This document shows, piece after piece, positions 30,968 to 39,971 of a stretch of 64,000 bases of DNA (position 1 is the stretch's first letter; each line of letters starts with the position of its first letter). Source of the DNA: an uncultured virus (IMG/VR IMGVR_UViG_3300018412_000011) (lineage: Duplodnaviria; Heunggongvirae; Uroviricota; Caudoviricetes); the IMG/VR virus record IMGVR_UViG_3300018412_000011; one strand, written 5' to 3'. Under the pieces are notes generated by a model. The model was not told where the DNA came from. It saw only the letters and a list, made by a program, of their open reading frames with translations, and made no database searches. The position numbers and the translations under genes were made by a program.

Positions 30968-31390
30968 TTAAATTTCGTAATCTTTTGCCCATCTAACCCC
31001 TATAGCTTGATTATTTTTAGAAGCCTCGACTCTTAATGTGGCTTGCTTAAAACCAACTTTGTCAACAGGAACAATATAGCATTTATTTAAGTCGGGACTA
31101 TATATTCCAAAAAGGTCAATTTGTCCTCTATAACTTTGTTTTTCATGCTTTGTAGAAGATCCTTCCGGAACATGATAAGTGGAACTACAACAAGGAAAAA
31201 CAAGAACTCCTTTTATAAGATTAGCTGTTTTTATTTGAACTCTTTCAAGACCATTGCCTCTGTCAATAACACAATCATATCTTTCACAATCTCCTAATAC
31301 ATCAGCTACAACCCATTCATTTTCTAGGCATTTCGCCATAAAATAAATTTCGCTAATTGTTCCCTTTCTTTTGGGTGCTTTCTTTTTCAT
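30968..31390 (-). CDS. PD-(D/E)XK endonuclease of the group I intron-associated (I-Ssp6803I-like) type
   Basis: GTISE, RYDCVID...RVQIKT and YRGQIDLFGIY motifs; lies between two tRNA-Lys genes. Confidence 0.8.
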   Translation of the reverse strand: MKKKAPKRKGTISEIYFMAKCLENEWVVADVLGDCERYDCVIDRGNGLERVQIKTANLIKGVLVFPCCSSTYHVPEGSSTKHEKQSYRGQIDLFGIYSPDLNKCYIVPVDKVGFKQATLRVEASKNNQAIGVRWAKDYEI

Positions 31391-31470
31391 TTAGTTCTCC
31401 TTGTTAAACCATGAGAATGGTTCTCTTTTGGTTTAAGGAATTCTTTCAAAAAATACAAAAAATTACAAAA

Positions 31471-31557
31471 TGGTGGGCGCAGAGGGAGTCGAACCCCCGT
31501 TGAGATTTTATTCTCGCGGCTTAAAAGGCCGATGCATAACCATTCTGCCATACACCC
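31471..31557 (-). tRNA. tRNA-Lys(TTT) with a long variable arm
   Basis: 87-nt cloverleaf; CGGC-CTTTTAA-GCCG; variable stem GAGA..TCTC; ACCA. Confidence 0.8.
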
Positions 31558-31615
31558 AATTTTAAAAAATTTCAAATTTCAAAGAACAATCAATTTTTGA
31601 GAAAAATTGTAAAGC

Positions 31616-31646
31616 AAAAAACCCGACCTTTCCAAGTCGGGTTTTG
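31616..31646 (-). terminator. Attenuator terminator of the Lys/Val/Thr tRNA operon
   Basis: AAAACCCGACTT-GGAA-AGGTCGGGTTTTTT; competing segment AGTTGGGTTTTG at 31666-31677. Confidence 0.85.
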
Positions 31647-31677
31647 AAAAACTATGTTGTTTAGACAAAACCCAACT

Positions 31678-31734
31678 TTAAGTAGTTTTAACTACCTTGA
31701 AAGTTTTTATGGTTTTGACTTTAACTAAGCTCAT
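31678..31734 (-). CDS. Leader peptide MSLVKVKTIKTFKVVKTT (Val/Lys/Thr sensor)
   Basis: 13 of 17 post-Met codons are Val, Lys or Thr; starts 9 nt after the -10 box. Confidence 0.85.
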   Translation of the reverse strand: MSLVKVKTIKTFKVVKTT

Positions 31735-31743
31735 GATGTAAAC

Positions 31744-31771
31744 AATATACTCTTTTTTCGAATTTATGCAA
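31744..31771 (-). promoter_or_regulatory. Promoter of the Lys/Val/Thr tRNA operon
   Basis: TTGCAT-N16-TATATT. Confidence 0.75.
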
Positions 31772-32846
31772 GACAAAAGTTCAATTATTTTTGTCCTCTA
31801 TCCAGAAGGAATCATTTTTTAAATGAGATGTAGGGACATTAAGACTAGTTGAAAAAACTTTTTCTTTTCCACATTTAAAACACTTTTCTTTTATTCTATG
31901 GACTCTTATTCCAGAACCTAGACCATAAGCCAACACAGAAAGACCTTCTGAAGTTTTATGAAATTTACATTTACATCTTTTGAATGGATTTTTCATTTTG
32001 TATCTAAAAAAATTTTCAAATTTATAAAAAGCTCCAAAAAACAACATGTTCCCAAATTTTAGGCTTTTCTGCCTTATTCCATTTGTCTGCCTCTACGTCT
32101 AAAATATACCAATTGACTTCTTCTATAACCCCTTCTCCAACCCTAACCTACTCCATAAAAATATCTCTAGCTTCTTCTAAAGAGGGGAACCAAGATCTTA
32201 CTCGACAACTATCTATCTTCCCCTCTCGTTTTTCGCTTTTCAGGATCAGAAGCAATAGTTGTTATAACATAAATTTCTTCTTTCATAACAAATTTAAAAT
32301 TCTTTGAGTTTCTCGATCATAATCTTCTATACTTTTTATGTTATCATTTTTGCGATGATTGTCAAACAGTTTTTTAAAATCTTTTTCTGATTCTCGGATA
32401 TGATCAAGTAATTCGGGTTTTTCTGAAACCTCATCTAAAGAAACGCCATACCAATCTTTAAAAATTTCATCAAGTTTTTTGTTAAATGCCATTGGAATCT
32501 CCTACAATTTTAATCTCGCAATCTACTTTGTCAATACGCATTTGACAATAACAAACCCATACATTTCTTTCTTCACATATTTTTAAAAGATATGCATTGC
32601 ATTCTGTTGTTGCCACTCCTGTTTTTTCTTCATAATTTAAGTTTTCAATTTTTGCTTTGCAATATCCAAAAAAATGAGAAACGAGAATTTCGTCACCTTT
32701 TTGTAAATCATTTAATCCACAAGAATGACTTTCAGAAAATGGCTTTAAATCGTAGTCTTTGTCCTCAAGAAGATTTAACAATTCTTGACTCAATGGCCAA
32801 ACGGGAGTGCCATAATGTTCCTTTATTGTCCAATTTAATTTACTCA

Positions 32847-33248
32847 TTATTTTAAAGAAAGTAAATATCTCAACTTTTCAAGTTGAGTAAGAATGTCATC
32901 TCTAATATTGATAATCCCCTTAGAACTATTCAATGCTGTTAATCCTTCAAATTTATAAATAGTTGCTTCCACAAAACTCACAATATCTTTCTCATTAATG
33001 TCTAAAAGAGAATCAATTTTACAATTCTTTTCCCCAAATGTAATCCTATGTGATCCTTGTAAATTTTCAATTAATTCATCAAAAAGGTCATCTAATCCCC
33101 CATAAATTTCTTCAAAAGCTTTGTGCTGGCTATATGATGTCGTTTGCCAATGCCATAATTTTAACTGACTTTGAACCCAAAGAATTAATTGTATATATTC
33201 TTGAATCAATAACATATGCTTTTTTGTAAAATTTGAATTGCAATCCAT
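32847..33248 (-). CDS. Ferritin/Dps-like four-helix protein
   Basis: HWQT.SYSQHKAF...D.LIE and LRYLLSLK motifs. Confidence 0.7.
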   Translation of the reverse strand: MDCNSNFTKKHMLLIQEYIQLILWVQSQLKLWHWQTTSYSQHKAFEEIYGGLDDLFDELIENLQGSHRITFGEKNCKIDSLLDINEKDIVSFVEATIYKFEGLTALNSSKGIINIRDDILTQLEKLRYLLSLK

Positions 33249-33913
33249 TTTTCTTTCCTTTTTATATTTTATAAATTGTATTAAAGATTATTCCTCAAGT
33301 CAAGAATTATTTTTGATAACTTTGAGTTTCTCCTCCAAACGTTTCAATCTCAACTTCATCATCAAATTCAACACTTTTTCCTCCAATTTGCTTCCATCGA
33401 TTTTGTTCTAACGAATGGTCATACCCCTTCATTTGAGGATGAACCTCTGGAGTGTCATCTAATTGAGGGTTTTGAGTAGGTGCATTTATAGCTTTTGAAG
33501 CAGAAGGGGTTTTACTCTTTTCTTCCCAAGCTCGATATACATTGGACATAGAATATTCTTCTATTGTTTTGTCTCTTGCATCAGCTTCTTCATCTGTGAA
33601 CTTTTGTTGATCAAAAAAAGCTTTTTGCAAATTACTTATCCCATTGGGTTCTGTCATTATGGTATCCTCTTTAATTCATTTTTCTCTTCCTCATCCCAAC
33701 AGATGCCCTCTAAAGCATCCAAAATTTCATCGGCATCTGCACCTGTTTCTTCTTCTAAATGATTCACAAGTCCTTTTAATGCTTTTTTAAAGGCTAAGTC
33801 TTGATTAGAGATATATTCAGTATGAAATTCCCTTGTGGTTTTTGGAATATATGAAGATTTTTGAGTTCTAATATGCTTTGTCAAAGGAGCGTCGGGATTT
33901 AATTTTAGATTAT

Positions 33914-34726
33914 TCATAATAGTTCCTTATTTATATGTTTTAATGAATTATCAAAATTAGCATAAAAACGAAAAGGGTCAATCAAAGACAATCCACTCAT
34001 TTCTCCACTATTAAGTTCAATGACTATCCACTCTCCATTTTCTTTTTCCCCAACATCAACAACAAAAAAATTGGTTTTCTCTTTTACAATATTAGAAATT
34101 TTATTGACCAAATCAAAACATTCCACAGGAGGTTGTTCGTAAGGTTGACAATCAGGTTCGTCTGCCCAATAATAACCATAATCAATGATTTGATCTTTTA
34201 AGAGAAAAAACCTCCATTCATTCGTCACAGGCAAACCATTCATTCCATCCATAAATTTTCTTAATTTAACAAATTCTCTTACAACCACTCCTTGATCTCT
34301 GACTAAAGAATCATCCATTAATCTTGATACAATTCGAGTGACATCATTTTTGCTAGGAGCATACATTTGATGTTTCCATTGAAATTTTCTAGAATTCGTT
34401 CTTCCTTTCACTATATATTCACCCTCTGGAAGATTTGCCCATTGAAACCATGTTTGAGGAGTAAATTCTTTAATGTCCTCATAATAATCAAAATTAGCAA
34501 TATACTGATGTTGCCTATAACTATTAACTAACCTTGAATTATTTAAAGCCAACTCTTCTCCCAATTCTTTTCTGAATGGAAGAACTGAATATCTCCCAAA
34601 AACAAGATGGTTCGAAGGAATTTCACTTCTAAATCTATAAACAGGAAACGACAAAGTTTCTTTGGCAATTTCATATTCTTCTTCAAAATCTTCAGAAGCT
34701 CTAAATAAAAAACAAATGTTTTGCAT
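33914..34726 (-). CDS. ATP-grasp domain protein
   Basis: VVVREFV, NEWRFF and FFVVDVG...WIVIELN motifs. Confidence 0.8.
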   Translation of the reverse strand: MQNICFLFRASEDFEEEYEIAKETLSFPVYRFRSEIPSNHLVFGRYSVLPFRKELGEELALNNSRLVNSYRQHQYIANFDYYEDIKEFTPQTWFQWANLPEGEYIVKGRTNSRKFQWKHQMYAPSKNDVTRIVSRLMDDSLVRDQGVVVREFVKLRKFMDGMNGLPVTNEWRFFLLKDQIIDYGYYWADEPDCQPYEQPPVECFDLVNKISNIVKEKTNFFVVDVGEKENGEWIVIELNSGEMSGLSLIDPFRFYANFDNSLKHINKELL

Positions 34727-34748
34727 AAACCATTATACGACAAAGACA

Positions 34749-35520
34749 AAAAAAATGAAGCAATATTTTTCAGTATTGCTTCAGGTATAGGATGAGATTA
34801 CTCCGTTAACAAGGGTCCATTTGCAAACTTATTTTTTATTTGCGTATCCACTGTTTTACCAGTTGACCCTCACATTCGCCTTTTTAAATTGGAGGCTGTT
34901 CCAATCATTATAGATTCTTCTGCAAAACTTTCGACTTCCGAAACTAGCTAGGTTCCAAAAATCTAGTTATTCTACAAACTCTTAAGCCTTGCGAGCTTAA
35001 AAGCCCCTGGAGATCCAGGCGTTGAATGCTTACCTCTACGATGGGACGGGATTATTGCTTTTGAAGTTTATTTGGATTTAAACCAAGTCTTCATGACTTA
35101 TATTACTCAATTGTGAAATCCGCACCCGCCCATCTGTTTCGCTTCTTTCGAAACAAAATGCAGAACGAATCTCTATCCTCGTCTTGCGTGACGTTTGGAC
35201 GCTTTTCTAGGATTCCCCCTGACCTTTTAACGTCAGTAATCTTCCTATCAAGTTGCATGCAGCCATTAAAACGCAAATAATTTTGACCGTATGCTTACCC
35301 TTTGACCAACTCTTCTTTCTCTATCTAGATTACCATTCGGCATTTCCAGAGGAACTTTCGTTCTTTCGATACTCGAAAAGAATCTCCCCTTGTGGAAAGA
35401 ATTCTAGTCTCGGCTTGCATCAGTGACCTTTTCCAAGGCGATCTACGTCTTGAGTGCGTAGACCTTTTTTATATGTTGCCATATATCTATCTTCCCCGAA
35501 GGAGGATGTGATACCACCCT
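34749..35520 (-). ncRNA. Large (~770 nt) structured ncRNA, GOLLD/ROOL-like candidate
   Basis: ORF-free, GC-richer, many GNRA-capped hairpins; own promoter (35583-35610), boxB/boxA-like leader (35535-35565) and terminator (34749-34782). Confidence 0.7.
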
Positions 35521-35582
35521 TAAATCTATTTTTTTAGAGAACAATGTTGGGTTTTTATGTCCAACTTAAAATTTGTACGAAC

Positions 35583-35610
35583 AATATACCTGGTTTTTCA
35601 ATTTATGCAA
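35583..35610 (-). promoter_or_regulatory. Promoter of the large ncRNA
   Basis: TTGCAT-N16-TATATT, identical boxes to two tRNA-operon promoters. Confidence 0.75.
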
Positions 35611-36464
35611 GAACTTTTTCATTTTCTTTCGACTCAAAATTTTCATTCGAAAATTAGACCATCCAACTTTTCAAAAGCAATGTGGTTTTTCTTGAAGCTT
35701 TAATACTAATTTGTATGAAGGGATATTCTATCATAATTAATTTTCAACTAGATCAGCATATATCTTTTCTAAAGCACAATCCACTTTCTCAAGTTGATTA
35801 TAATATTGAGTTTTATCTTCCCCTGATTGCAAATTAGCATAAGCAATATTGTCTACAATTTTATTCCTGTGCTCTTCTAAAACCTTTAATTCTTCTATGC
35901 AATTTTTATTCTTTTCTCTTTTTGAATGTTCAATTTTGCTTTTCAAAAGAGGCACAGATTTTACATCCCCTTTTTCCGAAACTATAGTTAACAAAATGTC
36001 TCCCCATTCAGTTTCCAAAATAGCAATTGCCTCACCCTTAATCTATTCTAGGGGTTCGCAACCATATCTTATTACTTCTTCATCGTTTTTGAAGCTAACA
36101 ATTTTACCCATAAGATATTCTTCATTTATTATATTTTTAACAATCATTTTGTTTTCCTTCCTTAATACTCCGAACAAGCCAAATAGCGAGGTTTAAAATC
36201 ATAAATATATAACCATTCCTCACATGTATGGGTAATCTTTTTGCCTTCAAAATCTATGGTTAAATTGTCTTTATCATTCAAGGTTGTAAGAAAAAGATCT
36301 ACTTCTTCTTCCCGTTCTTTAATTTCTTCTTCCCGTTCTTTAATGACGAGATCCCTTGCCGTTTCTGCATTAAGGGCTATTACCCAATGATTTACTAAAT
36401 GTTGTTCTGTCGCTCTAAACACTTTCATAATTTGAATACTACCATAAATGCAGTTCATGTAAAG

Positions 36465-36491
36465 AAAAAACCCCAACAAAAAATGTTGGGG
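36465..36491 (-). terminator. Intrinsic terminator after hsp20
   Basis: CCCCAACA-TTTTT-TGTTGGGG-TTTTTT. Confidence 0.75.
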
Positions 36492-36522
36492 AAAATGTCA
36501 AAACTAAGATGCTTTATTTAGT

Positions 36523-36993
36523 TTATTTAATCTCAATTAACCTTTTTGTTTCTTCCTTTTCTTTATAGGGAATCACAATGGTTAACAATCCATCTTTCAT
36601 TTCGGCTTTGATATCAACCTCATTAAGATTAGGATCTGTCAATTGATACGAATGAGAGAAGGATCTTTGGGTAATCCCCCTATACATCTCTGTTTTGTGA
36701 GAAGTATCTTCTTTAGCTTGAACTGCGGAAACCGTTAAAATCCCATCATCAAACTCAACTTTCACATCATCTTTGGTATAACCTGACAATGCGAATTTGA
36801 ATTCTAGGGCCAAAGGATTTCCTTCATCATCTTCGATTTTATTTAAATCGAAAGGTACGCCTCTCTCTTGAGAAGCGTATATCTTTGGCGACCAATGATC
36901 TCCTTTGAAAAAAGTTTCAAAGAAAGGATCATCAAAAGCGTCTGAATTAAAGACGCTAGGCATTCTTCTTCTGTATTTAGTTAATGTTGTCAT
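36523..36993 (-). CDS. Small heat-shock protein (Hsp20/IbpA-like)
   Basis: FALSGYTKDDV, RGITQRSF and AEMKDGLLTI motifs. Confidence 0.92.
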   Translation of the reverse strand: MTTLTKYRRRMPSVFNSDAFDDPFFETFFKGDHWSPKIYASQERGVPFDLNKIEDDEGNPLALEFKFALSGYTKDDVKVEFDDGILTVSAVQAKEDTSHKTEMYRGITQRSFSHSYQLTDPNLNEVDIKAEMKDGLLTIVIPYKEKEETKRLIEIK

Positions 36994-37350
36994 GTTTATC
37001 TCCTTTTCAGCTAGATGTTAAGTTTATATTCCTTCATAAGATTTCATTTGAAAAATCAAATGATGTTCAGACATATGAACTTAATTTTGACATATTTTTT
37101 ATGTTTTTCTGGAACACTCTTTCGACATGTTCCTAGAATGTATCGAATCAATCGACATATTCTTACCAATATTATACTTTAAAATGTTAAAAATGCAAAA
37201 AAATTTTTACAAAAATATAAACAGAACAACGTACCTGTCTTCCACCTCAAACTCTATTTGAAATATTCTTTCTTGCTTCTTAATTAATAAAAAAATATAG
37301 TTTTATTTGAATATATTTTACATCACATCTAACGTGTCGTAAAATATAAA

Positions 37351-37590
37351 ATGAAAACATATGTCAAAGAAAAAATAGAAGTAAGAAACTTAAACAAAGT
37401 CCAATGTGATGTTTGCAAAAAAGAAGCCAATATTGAAGATGTTGATGAAATGAGTTTTATTCAAGAGATGACTCATATTTCCTATACAGGAGGGTATGGA
37501 AGTATTTTTGGAGACATGAATAAAATTGAGCTAGATATTTGCGATAAATGCCTAAATGAACAGTTGGGGAATTTCATTAGAGTTAATTAA
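37351..37590 (+). CDS. Small Zn-ribbon protein
   Basis: CDVC...GGYGSIFGD...CDKC. Confidence 0.7.
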   Translation: MKTYVKEKIEVRNLNKVQCDVCKKEANIEDVDEMSFIQEMTHISYTGGYGSIFGDMNKIELDICDKCLNEQLGNFIRVN

Positions 37591-37591
37591 A

Positions 37592-37683
37592 TGGTAGGCA
37601 GAGTGGGACTCGAACCCACACTTCGTACACGATTAGTCAGAGTTTATAAGACTCCCGGCTTCACCAAATTTGCCTATCTGCCT
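37592..37683 (-). tRNA. tRNA-Ile(TAT) with a long variable arm
   Basis: Acceptor AGGCAGA/TCTGCCT-ACCA; GGAGT-CTTATAA-ACTCT; 19-nt variable region. Confidence 0.8.
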
Positions 37684-37694
37684 ATTTTAAAAAC

Positions 37695-37720
37695 AAAAAA
37701 CCAACCCTTTCGAGTTGGCT
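37695..37720 (-). terminator. Attenuator terminator of the tRNA-Ile gene
   Basis: GCCAACTC-GAAA-GGGTTGGTTTTTT; competing GGGTTGG at 37762-37768 inside the leader. Confidence 0.85.
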
Positions 37721-37747
37721 TTTAATGCATGGAAAAAAGAAAAACAG

Positions 37748-37816
37748 TTAACACATGGAATCCAACCCAAATAAAATTGAGTTAGCTATTCGTATGATGT
37801 TAATGATTTGCTTCAT
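37748..37816 (-). CDS. Leader peptide MKQIINIIRIANSILFGLDSMC (Ile sensor)
   Basis: Six Ile codons (ATC ATT ATC ATA ATA ATT); ATG 6 nt after TTGACT-N16-TATATT (37823-37850). Confidence 0.82.
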   Translation of the reverse strand: MKQIINIIRIANSILFGLDSMC

Positions 37817-37846
37817 GTCTACAATATACGCTTAAAAAGAAATAAG

Positions 37847-38347
37847 TCAATGATTTTCTCGTTCAATTTTTAATGTTTCTTTTATTTTGGGAATATCGAC
37901 CTCTTGTAATCCATGTTCTTCATTGATTAAGATATGATGCTTTTTCAATTTCTCATCTGAAGCATCTGGATCATCATCCAAAATCACAAAATTGGTTACT
38001 TCAGGATGTTCATCGAACCATGAATGAATTTCATAATATCTTGGAATATACTCTGAAAAATGAAAATATCTCCCTTTATATCCTTTAACCCGAATACAAG
38101 GAGTTTTGTCCCAAATATCAAAAACAGTTTTAACTGCCTTATATCCATCTTCTAAGTTTCTCCAAGTTGATGACAAAACAATTTTTGCATCAAATTCTTT
38201 TTGAATGTCTTTGACTATTTTTATACTTCCAGGATCAAAACCACTAATGGATCTATACACGGAATGATCTTTGGTTTTATCAAACAAATTGTCTAAATAA
38301 ATCCAATTATTAATTACTCCATCAATATCTAGAAATATAACTTTCAT
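37847..38347 (-). CDS. HAD-family phosphatase (RNA-repair-associated type)
   Basis: MKVIFLDIDGV, IVLSSTWR and FVILDDD motifs. Confidence 0.85.
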   Translation of the reverse strand: MKVIFLDIDGVINNWIYLDNLFDKTKDHSVYRSISGFDPGSIKIVKDIQKEFDAKIVLSSTWRNLEDGYKAVKTVFDIWDKTPCIRVKGYKGRYFHFSEYIPRYYEIHSWFDEHPEVTNFVILDDDPDASDEKLKKHHILINEEHGLQEVDIPKIKETLKIERENH

Positions 38348-39473
38348 ATTTTCGTCACTTAATCGCCCCAATAAGAAACCTTGTACCACCCATGACCCTG
38401 ATGTTCAATTAACCCATCATCTGCAAGTTCACTTATCCCTTGGTGAATTTGGGCTCTTGTCCATGTATCATTTGATTCAAGCAAATCATCACAAATATTT
38501 GACCGTTGGTTCCCTTTGTCAATATGATAGCGTATTCGCTTTTTTAGTTCACTTTGATCATACATATAAAAAGTCCAATTGCATATAAAATAATTTCTAT
38601 CATTATTTTCCTCTACAAAAGATTGCATTATTTAAAACCTTTTGTCAACTAAAATCTTAAATTATTTAAAGCACTCTAAGGTTTTAATCTCATTTCTTAC
38701 GATTGCACAAACAATTTCATCAAATGTTTCTTTAGAATATTTCCCATCTGGTAAATCACTTCCTCTTGTCCAAGTTTCTCCAACCAAAGGAGTTCTGCAA
38801 CTACTGATGCAACCTAAATATCCTTTATCTTTTCCATTCGGCAAAGTTGCAGAAATTCCATATTCGTATTCATTAGAATAGAATTTACACTTCACCCTCA
38901 ACCCTGATTCTCTTCCACATTCAAGAAAAAAACAAGATTTTTCAAAATTGCCATAAGGAATGATAGAAGACAACCATTCAATAAATTCTCCAAAACCTAG
39001 TTTGACCAAATCTTCTTTAGAAATTAGTTTGCCTTCATAACGTTTTTCAATCATTTCAATGGTGTGGCTTTTTCTTGTTTTTTCGTCACAAAGTTGAGGT
39101 ACTTTTGTTTCTAATGAACTTTCATTTTTCATTTTAATATCCTTGGTTTTCTTAATTGATTATACAAGATTTTACATTTATCACATTTAATTTTCATTTT
39201 ATTCTTTGAACGTCAAAAGTATAATCGGGACATTTATTCGCAACCGTATCTCCCCACTTTTCTTTTTCCTCATCGCCTGTTTGAGGAGAAAAAATATGTT
39301 TCTTTTTATGTAAAGAACAAATTCTTCCCATTCCATGTCCCACTGTCAAAAACTTACAATCCCAACATGATTTGTTTTCTTCTGTCCCAAATTTTTTAGA
39401 TGTGAAGGGCTTGTGCCATCCATATCCGTCTTCATCTACCCATATTGTCTTTTGCATAATGTTCTCCTTAAAT

Positions 39474-39553
39474 TGGAGTGCTAGACAGGAATCGAACCTG
39501 CTTTTACGTCTAGATTGGAAATCTAGGGACTCACCTTTCGCCTCAACTAGCAC
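39474..39553 (-). tRNA. tRNA-Gly(TCC)
   Basis: Acceptor GTGCTAG/CTAGCAC, U73, CTAGA-TTTCCAA-TCTAG; atypical D-arm. Confidence 0.8.
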
Positions 39554-39574
39554 ATGTTTTATTATACAGTAAAA

Positions 39575-39666
39575 TGGTGGGGCCAGACGGGATCGAACCG
39601 ACGACCTTCTGAATGCATCATTGTCTTTCGACGAATCAGACGCTCTCCCAGCTGAGCTAATCCCCC
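39575..39666 (-). tRNA. tRNA-Ala-like gene with a 16-nt anticodon-loop insertion; acceptor stem partly mismatched
   Basis: GGGGGATTAGCTCAGCTGGGAGAGCG start; removing 39618-39633 gives TCTGA-TTTGCAT-TCAGA; lacks G3:U70. Confidence 0.65.
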
Positions 39667-39700
39667 ATTAGGATTGGTATTTACATTATACAATAAAAAT

Positions 39701-39779
39701 TGGTGGAAGTGACGGGTCTCGAACCCGCAAAACTCCGCATTGCAAGTGCGGTGCTTTACCGTACATAAGCTTCACCCCC
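39701..39779 (-). tRNA. tRNA-Ala(TGC)
   Basis: G3:U70, CCGCA-CTTGCAA-TGCGG, ACCA. Confidence 0.88.
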
Positions 39780-39836
39780 ATTATAATATTTCAAATTTTT
39801 TAAAGAACAATTAATTTTTGAGAAAAATCATAAAAC

Positions 39837-39867
39837 AAAAAACCCAATCTTTAGCGAGATTGGGTTT
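39837..39867 (-). terminator. Attenuator terminator of the Ala/Gly tRNA operon
   Basis: AAACCCAATCT-CGCTAA-AGATTGGGTTTTTT; competing GATTGGGTTT at 39886-39895 overlaps the leader stop codon. Confidence 0.88.
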
Positions 39868-39893
39868 CGGAAAAATCGACAATACAAACCCAA

Positions 39894-39971
39894 TCAGAAG
39901 GAGATACCTCCTGCCGCTGCGGCCCCGCCGTTTCCAATGTTTGTATAAATTTTTTTCAAGTTTTTAATCAT
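39894..39971 (-). CDS. Leader peptide MIKNLKKIYTNIGNGGAAAAGGISF (Gly/Ala sensor)
   Basis: GGA AAC GGC GGG GCC GCA GCG GCA GGA GGT; ATG 6 nt after TTGCAT-N16-TATATT (39978-40005). Confidence 0.88.
   Translation of the reverse strand: MIKNLKKIYTNIGNGGAAAAGGISF

Noticed and set aside
30565..31575. ORF-track entries 30565-30822 and 31387-31575
   Set aside because: They overlap tRNA genes and have no protein features.
36994..37200. CIRCE element or RNA thermometer upstream of hsp20
   Set aside because: No CIRCE consensus is present, and the hairpins are too weak to call by eye.
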